A stretch of 63,100 nucleotides of DNA, the filler included. It is 5 parts of 5 records of this genome, joined end to end, with 100 filler letters (N's around TTAATTAATTAA, not from the genome) between each part and the next. Parts side by side here need not be neighbours in the genome. Positions count along the whole stretch, not along the records: positions 1 to 31,668 come from SRR20825010_3569; 4 more parts are not named here. One strand, written 5' to 3'. This document shows positions 1 to 10,050 of the stretch, one piece after another. Positions within the stretch are counted from its first letter, which is position 1. The number at the start of each line of letters is the position of its first letter. Under the pieces are notes generated by a model, which saw nothing but the letters and a program-made list of their open reading frames with translations, did no database searches and was not told the DNA's origin. The translations under genes and the position numbers were made by a program.

Positions 1-1
1 C

Positions 2-769
2 CATTTGATCACATTTCACCCAACAGGCGGCACCATGTCATCCGAATGGTTTCACGATGCACCCTGGTTGGATTTTAATATGTTTCAATCGGGTCATAGA
101 AACTACGAACAGGATACGACTAGCGACTCGCATCGTTTTGGGCCGGACAATTGGAAATACGTTGAGGTGGATTACAATAAGGATCCGGCAAAGCCAACAC
201 TAGATGGCGAACCGTCCCATGAAGCCATTCCTCATGGTTTGCACGATTCTACGCAATTGTATTGGAACGATAGCGATTTGCGTCGTTCCGCTTATTGGTC
301 GGTTTTTGCTGGTGCTGCTGGTTTTACCTACGGTAGCAATGCAGTTATGCAGTTTCACAGCCCGAAAGACAATGGAGCTGGAACGTCTGATGTCAGCGAG
401 TTTTGGGATGAAGCACTTCAGCATCCGGGAGCCAGTCAGATGGTTTATTTGAAGAATTTGATGCTTTCCAAACCCTATTTTAATCGAGTTCCAGACCAGA
501 GTCTCGTACCACAAAATGGAGAGAAATACGAGTATGTGGTGGCTACAAGAGGAGATGGTTTTGCCATGATGTATACCTACACAGGCAAAGATTTCTTCTT
601 TGACCCAAGAAGTTTGCCGGGAAATGACTTCAAAGTAACCTGGTTCAACCCCAGAAATGGCGAATTTAATGAAGTGGGAAAAATGAAAAAACTAATGGTT
701 TTCACTGTAGAACCTCCCGGTGAGCCTGCCGATGGAAACGATTGGGTGCTTATCATCGAACGAATTTGA
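2..769 (+). CDS. GH140/DUF4038-like glycoside hydrolase with C-terminal collagen-binding-like domain, 5'-partial
   Basis: ITFHP..WLDFNMFQSGH, KPTLDGEPSHE, AYWSVFAGAAGFTYG and WFNPRNG..DWVL motifs; ORF open from the window edge. Confidence 0.75.
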   Translation, partial: HLITFHPTGGTMSSEWFHDAPWLDFNMFQSGHRNYEQDTTSDSHRFGPDNWKYVEVDYNKDPAKPTLDGEPSHEAIPHGLHDSTQLYWNDSDLRRSAYWSVFAGAAGFTYGSNAVMQFHSPKDNGAGTSDVSEFWDEALQHPGASQMVYLKNLMLSKPYFNRVPDQSLVPQNGEKYEYVVATRGDGFAMMYTYTGKDFFFDPRSLPGNDFKVTWFNPRNGEFNEVGKMKKLMVFTVEPPGEPADGNDWVLIIERI

Positions 770-949
770 TCAGCTATCTGACCTGTTTCTGTTTTTGAGT
801 TGTTATTTGCCTTTAGAGGCAAAAATTTATTCTTGGCACTGGGCGATTCATTGGAGAAACAGGGAAGATTAAGTTGGTGGCTAAGTCAGAAGGCTTGGCC
901 AGTAGCGAGGTATTGGTGAAAGCCAATTGAGTTTTAAATGCTGAGCGTC

Positions 950-969
950 ATTCCCATGCATATGGAAAT
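950..969. repeat. REP-like palindrome ATTCCC-N8-GGAAAT
   Basis: GTCATTCCCATGCATATGGAAATC; similar elements at 3075-3094 and 12898-12929. Confidence 0.45.
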
Positions 970-1092
970 CGCATCTTAAGCGTTTTTTAGTTATTCTAGT
1001 TGGCTTTCGCCGGACTTGTATTGCGGATCCCGAAAAACTAGCAGTTCAAGCAGAAGGCTTAACTTTATTGAAGTCTAAAAATTTATTTTGAT

Positions 1093-1977
1093 ATGTATGG
1101 TTTCATAATTGTACTTATAGTTAGCGTTTTCAATTGCTCACTCACTCCTAAGAATGATTCTGGAACCTATCTTTTGTATGAAAAATATCTGAAGATAAAT
1201 TCCATTGATGCTGAAACTGGTCTTGAATTTAACTGGCTCAGTCATTACCACTGTATCGAGGATTTATCTCTTTATACAATTGATTACGTCGATTTTTTCA
1301 GAGATAGTTTACTAGTAAAATTCGATAGCATTATCAGTATTGATACTGTTTTTAGAGCACACGGTACGGTTGAAATTAAGGACTTTCGAACTTCAATTAA
1401 GGGTGGCCTAATGAAAGGAGACGAGTATTTCGACGATTACTGTCGGGACATTTGGTTGTCCGAGACTGGGCTTTTTCATTTCATTGTGAAACCCTGCTTT
1501 GGGACAAGGACGGAAATTGAGTTCAATCCTAGGATAATTCGTGATGGCGTCTATCATCTTGAAGATTCTACGGATCTGGTTCATTACGGCATTCAAGCGA
1601 ACAACGTGCAGGAATTGTATGATGCCTCAGATTCAATAACATGGTTCCTAATTGAAATAACTCCGAAAATGTTTCCCAAGTCCAAGCATTTCAAAAGAGG
1701 TAATTATTGGACTAAGGTTTCTCCAGAGAATTTTGATGAAACAGGGAGAGTTGCGGAGGAATCATTTAAGAAATACACGCAAAATCCAGACATCAATCTA
1801 AAGCATGTGAGACCTTATACCCTCCACAATGATTACGGCATTTTTTCTGTCTTTGACAATATTTATGTACACGCAGGTGAGACTAAAGAGGAGCTTTCTT
1901 TTATCAGCTTTCCAATCGAGATTAGCCGTGGAACAAAACTTTACGAGAAGGTCAGTTTTAAAGAAGTGATATATTAA
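1093..1977 (+). CDS. Hypothetical protein, probable lipoprotein
   Basis: 294-aa ORF; hydrophobic N-terminus ending in VFNC. Confidence 0.6.
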   Translation: MYGFIIVLIVSVFNCSLTPKNDSGTYLLYEKYLKINSIDAETGLEFNWLSHYHCIEDLSLYTIDYVDFFRDSLLVKFDSIISIDTVFRAHGTVEIKDFRTSIKGGLMKGDEYFDDYCRDIWLSETGLFHFIVKPCFGTRTEIEFNPRIIRDGVYHLEDSTDLVHYGIQANNVQELYDASDSITWFLIEITPKMFPKSKHFKRGNYWTKVSPENFDETGRVAEESFKKYTQNPDINLKHVRPYTLHNDYGIFSVFDNIYVHAGETKEELSFISFPIEISRGTKLYEKVSFKEVIY

Positions 1978-2082
1978 CTTTCTCTCAGGTATAGGCATTT
2001 CCCACCCCAGAGTGATCTAAATTTCCGGGTCATGTCCTCAATACCAAAACTCTTTCAGAGCGCATAAAATCAACCTCATAAG

Positions 2083-2355
2083 CAGCTAAATTGACTCAGT
2101 AGACAGTAAAAACAATCTAAAATTCAGCTAAAACATCTTAGTAGTCAGTAAAAAGGTAAGATGAATCAGTATAAACAGCAAATGATTGAGTTAAAAGGTG
2201 CTAGCTGTCAGTAAAAACAACATGTAGTTCAGCTAATGCAACCTTTTACTCAGTAAAAACACATCTTCGTTCAGCAAAAAGGTACTCCGCTTCATGTTTG
2301 AGGTGGGGGTACCCACTTCGGAAGTACCCCTCTCTACTTCGGAAGTACCATGGCT
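2083..2355. repeat. Degenerate tandem array with a strict 21-bp period (about 13 units)
   Basis: CAG(T/C)WAA-type unit starts at 2083, 2104, 2125, 2146, 2167, (2188), 2209, 2230, 2251, 2272; ACTTCGGAAGTACC in the same phase at 2315 and 2336. Confidence 0.85.
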
Positions 2356-2480
2356 GGTCTCCCCGTCCACTTCAGAGTTAGGTCGATTCGGTAGTACTAT
2401 CACTTTTGTTTGCCGGCTTATGAAATGCTGAAACCTAGGAGCCCGGGAGACAATGCGGGAGAGAAGATGTTTAGCTGAGC

Positions 2481-2747
2481 TTACTCATAATGCGTCCACA
2501 TGCGGATAATCTTAACCGTTCTTTCCGCTTCCAGTACCTGATATACCAACCGATGTTGGATATTGATTCTGCGGGAATAGGCGCCAGTAAGATCACCTAT
2601 GAGTTTTTCATATGGAGGGTAGTCCTGAAAGGGATTTTGCTCCACCATTTTCAGGAGTTCGGTCACCTTTAATTTGAGCCCGGATGATGCGATTTTCTTT
2701 GCATCTTTCTGTGCTTGTTTAGTGAAAACCAGTTTATAACTCACCAC
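2481..2747 (-). CDS. yoeB: Txe/YoeB family toxin
   Basis: PPYEKLIGDLTGAYSRRINIQHRLVY..MWTHYE; overlaps the upstream antitoxin. Confidence 0.92.
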   Translation of the reverse strand: MVSYKLVFTKQAQKDAKKIASSGLKLKVTELLKMVEQNPFQDYPPYEKLIGDLTGAYSRRINIQHRLVYQVLEAERTVKIIRMWTHYE

Positions 2748-2983
2748 TCAAGCTTATCGGAAGTCTCGGAAAGCGGAGCTTTTAACCCTTCATGAATAGA
2801 CTCCCTCATGCCAGGGATGGATGTCAGGTAGAGCGTTTCCTGTATTGCCCGCCAGTCTTCTTCGCTGACCAATACAGCATTGTTTCGTTTGCCCGTGATC
2901 TGTATAGGCTCATGCGTTTCGGAAGCTTCATCCACTATTTTATAGATGTTTTTCCGTGCTTCTGTGATTGAGACATGTTTCAT
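2741..2983 (-). CDS. yefM: Phd/YefM family antitoxin
   Basis: SITEARKNIYKIVDE..PIQITGKRNNAVLVSEEDWRAIQETLYL. Confidence 0.92.
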   Translation of the reverse strand: MKHVSITEARKNIYKIVDEASETHEPIQITGKRNNAVLVSEEDWRAIQETLYLTSIPGMRESIHEGLKAPLSETSDKLEW

Positions 2984-2989
2984 TGTGTA

Positions 2990-3011
2990 AACGTACGCGA
3001 TTGCATACGTT
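2990..3011. promoter_or_regulatory. Inverted repeat, probable YefM operator
   Basis: AACGTAcgcgattgcaTACGTT, 6 nt upstream of the yefM start. Confidence 0.5.
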
Positions 3012-3316
3012 ATTCCAAAGCAAGAAGCTCCGGAATGATTCTTCTCTCATGAAATAGTTATCTATTTAAACCTCATTCCTGATTAGTATGGAATATTTGT
3101 GTTCCTGAATTAGATGCCAATCTAAAATCTTTCACCTTTATTGACACGAAGTAAAAAATAGAATAACCTCAACCCTCACTCTGAGAATGCGTTGCTCATT
3201 GGCATATTTTCAAAATCATTCTGGTCTATTAGTGATATGATAATGCGGGAGGTTATTTATTCATTTTTCAAACAATGAGAAGCTCATTTTCTCACATTTC
3301 CTTCAGAATTACGCCT

Positions 3317-3324
3317 TATTTTTG
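3317..3324 (+). promoter_or_regulatory. Bacteroidota -7 promoter element TAnnTTTG
   Basis: TATTTTTG ending 32 nt upstream of ATG 3357. Confidence 0.45.
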
Positions 3325-3356
3325 ACTTTCAAAGTCAAAACTCCTAGCTCGAATTA

Positions 3357-6080
3357 ATGAAGTATTTCCTTTTCACATTGCTGGTGATTTCTTCCAGTTT
3401 TCTTTTTGCTCAAAACCTAGTTGTCAATGGAGTTGTTCATGACGCACGGGAAAAAGCTACGGTACCTGGTGCTACAGTGATGCTCACCAACCCTGCCGAT
3501 ACCACTTTAATCAAGGGGACAGTTACAGATTTTGATGGTGCATTTCGCGTCGGTGAATTGAAGGCAGGTAGCTATTTGATCAAGATTAATTTCATTGGTT
3601 TCCAACCTCTTTTTAAGCAAATAGAAGCAAAGGAAAGTATTGATCTGGGAACCATGGAGTTGCTTGAAGATACCAAGGTGTTGGCTGCTGTTGAGGTAGT
3701 GGGGAAGCCCGTGGCAGCCATGCAAAAAGGAGACACCACGCAGTTTAGTGCCGGGGCGTATAAGACGGCTCCCGATGCATCGAGTCAGGATTTAATTGAA
3801 AAACTACCCGGAATCACGACAGTAGATGGAAAGCTTCAGGCTAATGGAGAAGACGTACAAGTGATTTTGGTGGACGGCAAGCCCTTTTTCGGTGGAGATG
3901 TAAACGCCGCGTTGCAGAACCTGCCGGCTGAGGTAATCGCCAGTATCCAGATTTTTGACAAAAGTAGCGACAAGGCAGCTTTGAGTGGTTTTGATGATGG
4001 CAATCAGCAGAAAACGATTAACATTATCACCAAACCCAACCGCAAGGTAGGACAGTTTGGCAAGTCTACAGTAGGTGTAGGAACGGGCAATGCCTATCAA
4101 GGGGCGGCCAGCATCAACTTTTTTAATGACGATCAACGAATTACCGTCACGGGATTGAGCAACAATACCAATCTCGTGAGCTATTCGGCGGATCCCAATG
4201 ATCTGGGAGACTCACGTGTCCAGAATGGATTGATCAAAACAAACAACATCGGGATCAATTTTAGTGACGATATAGGCGAAAAACTGGAGGTTCACGGAAA
4301 TTATCAGTTTTCACATCAAAACAGTCAGGAGACCAATCAATTGCTTCGGGACTATGCACTCGCTTCCGATTCGGGTCAGGTATATACAGAAGATAGATTG
4401 TTTGGCCGCACCACAACGAGGCATAACATTGGAATGAAGCTGGAGTATAAATTCAACGAAAATAATACCCTGCTGATGCGTCCAAACGCCTCTTTCCAAC
4501 ACATTGATACAGGTGTCGAATTCATGGGGCGAACGACATCTATGGCCAGTCCGATCAATAGTACGGACAACCAATCGGATGCGTTTAACAAGGATTACGA
4601 CTACAACAACAACCTCTTTTACAGTAGGAAATTTGACAAGCCGGGCAGAAGCCTTACAACCAGACTACATACCGGATGGCATTGGAATGAGGACAATTCC
4701 AATCGCTTTGCCACCAACACCTACTATAACAATGAAGACAGTGTGTCCATCATCGATCAGCAAACCAACCGGTTGAGAACCGGTATTTCATGGGAAACGC
4801 AGGCGTCTTACACGGAACCTATCGGCGAGCGTGGTTTGGTTGAGTTTGAATACCAGATCGGGGATCGGATTAATGATTCTGATCAGCTGACCTATTACGC
4901 CAACGATGAAGGTAACTATTTGAATGTGGATACGGCATTGAGCAACACGTTTGAGAATTCATACCTCAAGGAGCAATTTGAATTGGGGTATCAATATCGT
5001 TTTGAGCGAATGAAACTTCAGTTTGAAACACAATACCAAAAGGCTCAACTGAAAAACGATCAGGGGTTTCCTGTGGAAACGTATCAGCAACGTGTTTTTC
5101 GTAGTTGGTTGCCGTCTATGAGGATGGATTATCGGATGAACGAAAACCAACGGGTTTTGGTGGACTATCGGTCATCCACGAACGAACCTTCTACTAGTAA
5201 TCTGCAAGACGTTGTTGACGCCACAAATCCATTGCAACTGCGGGCGGGAAATCCTGATTTAAAGCAGAGTTTCAACAACCGGGTTCGGGCCCGTTTTTGG
5301 TCAAACAACATGGAAACAGGCAAGTCCTTTTTTGCTTTTGCGGAATCCATCGTGACTAGAAATTTAATTACCAATTCAACCTTTATTGCGGATGAAAAAA
5401 CAGAAGTAATAGACGGAATCGTACTGGAAGCAGGCTCCCAGCTCACCCGACCATCTAACATCAATGGCTATTATGGGTTGCGAACCTATTTGAGTTACGG
5501 TCAGCCGATTGAAGCTATCAAATCAAATATTCGTTTTAGCGGTGGGATCAATTATACCAGAAAACCCGGGCAGATCAACGATCAAATCAATTATTCCAAA
5601 TCAAATAACTACCGGATGGGGGTTTCCTTGTCAAGCAATATCAGTGAGAAAATTGATTTCAATTTATCCACACGATCGAGCTACAACACAGTTAACAATT
5701 CCCTTCGTCCCAATCTCAATAACAATTATTACAACCAGACCACCAGTGTTGAATACCGATGGGTGTTCCTTGACGGAATAGTATATCGGATGGACCTCAA
5801 GCATCAAATGAATACGGGGCTGTCTGCTGGCTATGACAACAGTTACACCTTGCTAAACATGAGCCTGGGCAAGAAGTTCTTGAAAAACAATCTGGCCGAG
5901 TTGAGTGTGAACGTGTATGATTTGCTGGAGCAAAACAACAATGCACGTCGCAATGTGTCGGAACTCTATGTAGAGGATCGCCAATCGACTGTGCTTCAGC
6001 GGTTCTTCATGCTCACGTTCACCTATAACATCCGTCACTTTAGCGCGGGGACTACTCAGGAAGATTTCGAGGATATTTGA
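3357..6080 (+). CDS. TonB-dependent-receptor-like outer membrane beta-barrel protein with N-terminal carboxypeptidase-regulatory-like domain
   Basis: Signal peptide; GTVTDFDGAF; KGDTTQFSA..DLIEKLPGIT; GNPDLKQSF; RFFMLTFTYN. Confidence 0.85.
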   Translation: MKYFLFTLLVISSSFLFAQNLVVNGVVHDAREKATVPGATVMLTNPADTTLIKGTVTDFDGAFRVGELKAGSYLIKINFIGFQPLFKQIEAKESIDLGTMELLEDTKVLAAVEVVGKPVAAMQKGDTTQFSAGAYKTAPDASSQDLIEKLPGITTVDGKLQANGEDVQVILVDGKPFFGGDVNAALQNLPAEVIASIQIFDKSSDKAALSGFDDGNQQKTINIITKPNRKVGQFGKSTVGVGTGNAYQGAASINFFNDDQRITVTGLSNNTNLVSYSADPNDLGDSRVQNGLIKTNNIGINFSDDIGEKLEVHGNYQFSHQNSQETNQLLRDYALASDSGQVYTEDRLFGRTTTRHNIGMKLEYKFNENNTLLMRPNASFQHIDTGVEFMGRTTSMASPINSTDNQSDAFNKDYDYNNNLFYSRKFDKPGRSLTTRLHTGWHWNEDNSNRFATNTYYNNEDSVSIIDQQTNRLRTGISWETQASYTEPIGERGLVEFEYQIGDRINDSDQLTYYANDEGNYLNVDTALSNTFENSYLKEQFELGYQYRFERMKLQFETQYQKAQLKNDQGFPVETYQQRVFRSWLPSMRMDYRMNENQRVLVDYRSSTNEPSTSNLQDVVDATNPLQLRAGNPDLKQSFNNRVRARFWSNNMETGKSFFAFAESIVTRNLITNSTFIADEKTEVIDGIVLEAGSQLTRPSNINGYYGLRTYLSYGQPIEAIKSNIRFSGGINYTRKPGQINDQINYSKSNNYRMGVSLSSNISEKIDFNLSTRSSYNTVNNSLRPNLNNNYYNQTTSVEYRWVFLDGIVYRMDLKHQMNTGLSAGYDNSYTLLNMSLGKKFLKNNLAELSVNVYDLLEQNNNARRNVSELYVEDRQSTVLQRFFMLTFTYNIRHFSAGTTQEDFEDI

Positions 6081-6211
6081 CAGGTACGACCCTTTTGAAC
6101 AAGTGATTTTGATCTGGAGCCTACATCATCTGGTTCTAAGGAAGGAAAAAAAAACACCCTCCAAACAAGTCGGAAGGTGCGGTTGGTAATGGCTCTGGTT
6201 GAGGGCCTTGT

Positions 6212-7804
6212 TTAATTTTTGTAAACCTGATCGCTGTTTATGTTATTTGAGTCTGAAGTATACCAGACCAAATCAGGATTACTTTGAGCATAGGTCTTGA
6301 AATTCGGATATGCATCGATGATTTGTGCTCCTTCTTTTGGGTAGTTCCATTCAATCGGAATTTCAATCACCCATGGCAGGTTGTCTTGAGTCAGGTAGTA
6401 GCGGTTGTTTTCCGGTTCAGAAGTATCATGTCCGGTCTGAAACATACTTACGTCAGCCCAGGGAGATGCCACTTTGCCAGGGCGATGAACCTCGCGACCT
6501 TCTTCGCCATTGATTCGTAAATATTCATCTGTCTCAAAATCATCGATGGATAGCGTTCGATCAAGAGTGGCTGTGATTTCGAAGGTGACAACCTCTGCCG
6601 AATCCCTGTCCGTTTGCGTATTTACAAAACCAACACTTCCAAACACATCTTTGATGGATGGGAATCGAACTTCGGTCCATTGACCGGAGCTTCGTGTGTT
6701 GTGGTTGAGGCTTTTGTTGCTGGTTACGTCCACAGTAGCTGTTTCGTTTATGTCAGTGAACCCAACACAAAAATCATTGCTAAACGAGGCTCCAATAGCC
6801 CGTAATCGAAATTTGTATGCTACTACGCTCACCTTGTCATTTGCATCAAGTGAAATCGTCCGGTTTATGGATACGATGAAGTCGTTGAAATCAAAGTCAC
6901 CCTTATAAGGCCACAAGTCTTCAAAGGCCAGGGTGTTATATTCTTCCTGAGCAGGATGATACACTTTCTTAGCTACAGCCGCATTGTCCGGATCAGCGTC
7001 TTGTGCATCTTCAATTCCGTCATTATCCGAATCTACAACCGCTGAATAATGAGGGTTTTCAACAAACCAACCCTTTTTATTGTCATCGTCATTGCATCCG
7101 GATTTAACCCAGACTCCAGCAATTTCCTTGGAGGTGTCGTAATTAAAATACCAATAATATTCATAATCATATACTGGTTTTTTCACTTCTTCCTCTGAGC
7201 CGTCAGCATATTGCAAAACCACTTTACTAATCTTAATACTGGAATAAGCCACCACATAATCGTCGGACCAGCTGATGTCCTCAGGGTAATACACTCCCAG
7301 TTCTTCGGGCAGACAATTATCTTTTCCATTTATCGCTGCTATCCTGCCATTGGAATGATTCGTTGTGTCGACCGTTGATTTGAAAGATTCCTGAGACAAG
7401 GTAAGTTTAAAGCCGCTTGGCCCACCAACTCCAAAAATCTTGATTCGATTTTTGTAGGTTGCCATTACAGACAGTTCAGTTACATGGAGGGGCAATAGGA
7501 GCTCTTTGTTGTAATAGCCTTTGAATTGATCACTAAAGAGGCTGCTCGCACCATTGAGAATACTTCCGTTGAGCACTTCTATATAAATAAGCTCGTTCTG
7601 TTTTTCAGGAAAGGTAATTTCAAGGTTCGAGCTGTAATAATTCTCATAATCAAAGCCATCCGGGACGATGAGCGCACTCATACCTTCCTTGGGTTCTGAG
7701 ATTCCATCCTCATTGACGATTCTCATGCATGAGCTCAAAAGAATAACTAGTCCAAAAAGGAATACTTGTAAGTGTGATGTCATTTGTTGCATTGCTTTAA
7801 TCAT
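6212..7804 (-). CDS. LruC/DUF4842-domain lipoprotein
   Basis: TLAFEDLWPYKGDFDFNDF, NLPWVIEIP..YPKEG motifs; DSDNDG calcium-binding-type repeat; LSSC lipobox; start moved to ATG 7804. Confidence 0.8.
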   Translation of the reverse strand: MIKAMQQMTSHLQVFLFGLVILLSSCMRIVNEDGISEPKEGMSALIVPDGFDYENYYSSNLEITFPEKQNELIYIEVLNGSILNGASSLFSDQFKGYYNKELLLPLHVTELSVMATYKNRIKIFGVGGPSGFKLTLSQESFKSTVDTTNHSNGRIAAINGKDNCLPEELGVYYPEDISWSDDYVVAYSSIKISKVVLQYADGSEEEVKKPVYDYEYYWYFNYDTSKEIAGVWVKSGCNDDDNKKGWFVENPHYSAVVDSDNDGIEDAQDADPDNAAVAKKVYHPAQEEYNTLAFEDLWPYKGDFDFNDFIVSINRTISLDANDKVSVVAYKFRLRAIGASFSNDFCVGFTDINETATVDVTSNKSLNHNTRSSGQWTEVRFPSIKDVFGSVGFVNTQTDRDSAEVVTFEITATLDRTLSIDDFETDEYLRINGEEGREVHRPGKVASPWADVSMFQTGHDTSEPENNRYYLTQDNLPWVIEIPIEWNYPKEGAQIIDAYPNFKTYAQSNPDLVWYTSDSNNINSDQVYKN

Positions 7805-8092
7805 TAAATAATGCTTCAAAACTCCGGACAAACGACTAGATCCGTTCTGTTTATTCGATGACTGGTAGCGATTGAGGGTTTTTGTGCAGCGTAAGCGATG
7901 TGCGTGTTGGAACCTACCCGGGAGCCACACTCTTGTTTTGGAGTTCTCTGATCAAGAAAGTCTATGCTTGGGCATGGATGAGTTCCGTCCTTGTTAAGAA
8001 AATCTACATCCTATACTTTCTCATCGCTTTTGTCAAGCTCTGTAGAAATTGTTCGGCTTTATGTGGCCGACTAGGGTATTTGAATTATTTCC

Positions 8093-8120
8093 CCAAATCC
8101 CAAATCCCAAATCCACAAGC
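8093..8120. repeat. Heptamer tandem repeat (CCAAATC)n
   Basis: 3 perfect units plus 1 degenerate; reverse complement of the tracts at 8720-8776. Confidence 0.8.
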
Positions 8121-8205
8121 CAAAACCCTCTTGCATTTACAACATATTTATCCCTTTTTACAGAATCAATTAACAGCAATGAAGAGGACGAACACTTTTT
8201 GATCC

Positions 8206-8721
8206 ATGACAGATTTAGAAACCATGTTTGCATCACGCATCTCGAAAGAAGCCATGATCGAAACTGTCAATGGAGATCGTGGAGGTTTTGAGGAGGCTGT
8301 TTACATTGCACTTTCATCCACTGCCCCACAATGCTGGCGGGCTGCCTGGATTCTGGGGCATTGCACAAAGAAAAATGACCTGCGACTTAGGCCCCATGCG
8401 GATACATTCATAGCCGCCATTGGGCACAAGCAAGATGGCCATCAGCGCGAATTGATCAAGATTCTTTTAAAAATAAAACTGAGCGAAGAGCAGGAGGGGA
8501 AGTTGTTTGATAGCTGCATGAACATCTGGGAGGCTGTAGGAAAAAGTCCTTCTGTGCGGTATTTTGCCTTTCTGTACCTCTCGGATGTGGCGATGAGGTT
8601 TCCGGAATTGAAGAATGAGATCAGCTTCCTCACACAGCAGGAATATTTGGAACCCCTCTCTCCGGGAATCCGCCGCAGTATTGACAAAAGAATCGCAAAG
8701 CTGTCTAGCCTTCTGGACTGA
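8206..8721 (+). CDS. Hypothetical alpha-helical (HEAT-like) protein
   Basis: 171-aa ORF; WRAAWIL..GKLFDSC..FPELKNEI pattern typical of Bacteroidota hypothetical proteins. Confidence 0.65.
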   Translation: MTDLETMFASRISKEAMIETVNGDRGGFEEAVYIALSSTAPQCWRAAWILGHCTKKNDLRLRPHADTFIAAIGHKQDGHQRELIKILLKIKLSEEQEGKLFDSCMNIWEAVGKSPSVRYFAFLYLSDVAMRFPELKNEISFLTQQEYLEPLSPGIRRSIDKRIAKLSSLLD

Positions 8722-8776
8722 TTTGGGATTTGGGAATGGGGGATTTGGGATTTGGGAATGGGAGATTTCGGATTTC
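8720..8776. repeat. Heptamer tract GATTTGG/GAATGGG/GATTTCG
   Basis: About 8 units seen directly after the stop codon. Confidence 0.85.
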
Positions 8777-8787
8777 TTTTGGGTTCT

Positions 8788-8954
8788 CTTCTAGCGCAAG
8801 CGTCCGCTTGTGATTTAAGTGAAAACTCTCAATTTCACGTACTCGCAAAGCGAACAACTGCCGGGATTTATGAATTTCGGATTTGGGAATGGGGGATTTC
8901 GGATTTGGGGATTTCGGATTTCGGATTTCTACTACGTAGAAAACAATAGGAAAA
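8788..8954 (+). repeat. ~170-bp composite direct repeat, copy 1 (REP-like palindrome, heptamer tract, conserved tail)
   Basis: CTTCTAGCGCAAGCGTCCGCTTGTG...CTACTACGTAGAAAACAATAGGAAAA; matches 9846-10027. Confidence 0.9.
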
Positions 8955-9038
8955 GTTTTAGATTAGGGGAATTGTAAAGCGGGTATGTGGCAAAAGGTAC
9001 ATATATCGGCATGTTATGTGTTCTTTTCTATAAAGACT

Positions 9039-9791
9039 ATGAGGAAAACTTTTCTATTTTGCATTCTATTAATTCTATCTCAGACTTTACTGCATTCACA
9101 GACAAGATATAAAAAGAAAAGAAGTAGAAATTCTATTGAGGGATTTGGAATTGAGTTACCAATTGGAATTATGAGTTCTTCAATAGATTTACCCTTACTT
9201 CTTCAAGGTCAAATTCCAGCCGTGGAAGGGGGAACAGGTATTGATTTTGGGTTAGGAGTTACATATGAAAACCATAAGAATTTAAATTTAAGAGCTGGGT
9301 TTCACGTTTGGAACTCTCCATTCAAACCAACGGTAAATACAAATAAGAACGATAAAAGAGATTTTGTTATTGAAGACGGTAAGCTAACTTATTACGGAAT
9401 GTACACAAGGATTGAATGGGGCAATCCATATTTTTTCATTGGAGCTGGTTTAGATTTTTCATTTGCAAATACCTATCAGGCAGATAGGATTTATTATGAA
9501 AACAATAATAAGACAGACCGTGAAAATAATTTTAGTAGTTCTGTGCTAACTGATAATTTCAATAACCAAGTTTATTTTAAAGCTAATGCTGGATTTAAAA
9601 TTCCATTTAAGAATTATATTATCAAACCCTATTTTGCCATCGGTGCGGCTTTCACATCTATTTATCCAACACCAGAGGTTAAAGAATGGAGTAATGGATT
9701 TTATACAATAGTTTATGACGATCCTCAAATAATTGATCTTCAATATATTCCAACTTTTAACTATGGAATTTCCGTAGAATATAAGTTCTAA
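9039..9791 (+). CDS. Outer membrane beta-barrel protein, AT-rich
   Basis: Signal peptide MRKTFLFCILLIL; amphipathic strands; C-terminal YGISVEYKF. Confidence 0.7.
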   Translation: MRKTFLFCILLILSQTLLHSQTRYKKKRSRNSIEGFGIELPIGIMSSSIDLPLLLQGQIPAVEGGTGIDFGLGVTYENHKNLNLRAGFHVWNSPFKPTVNTNKNDKRDFVIEDGKLTYYGMYTRIEWGNPYFFIGAGLDFSFANTYQADRIYYENNNKTDRENNFSSSVLTDNFNNQVYFKANAGFKIPFKNYIIKPYFAIGAAFTSIYPTPEVKEWSNGFYTIVYDDPQIIDLQYIPTFNYGISVEYKF

Positions 9792-9845
9792 AAACACATA
9801 ACAATATGTATAATGATGCGCTTGCGTGCTTTCTGCAAACTGCCC

Positions 9846-10027
9846 CTTCTAGCGCAAGCGTCCGCTGGTGCTTGAAGTGAATACTCTCAATTTCATGTTC
9901 TCGCAAAGAGAGCAACTGCTGGGATTTTTGGATTTCGGATTTGGGAATGGGGGATTGTGGATTTGGGAATGGGGGATTTCGGATTTCGGGATTTTAGTTT
10001 TCTACTACGCAGAAAACAATAGGAAAA
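9846..10027 (+). repeat. ~180-bp composite direct repeat, copy 2
   Basis: CTTCTAGCGCAAGCGTCCGCTGGTG...CTACTACGCAGAAAACAATAGGAAAA. Confidence 0.9.
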
Positions 10028-10050
10028 CTTATTTCAGGACGCCACACAAA

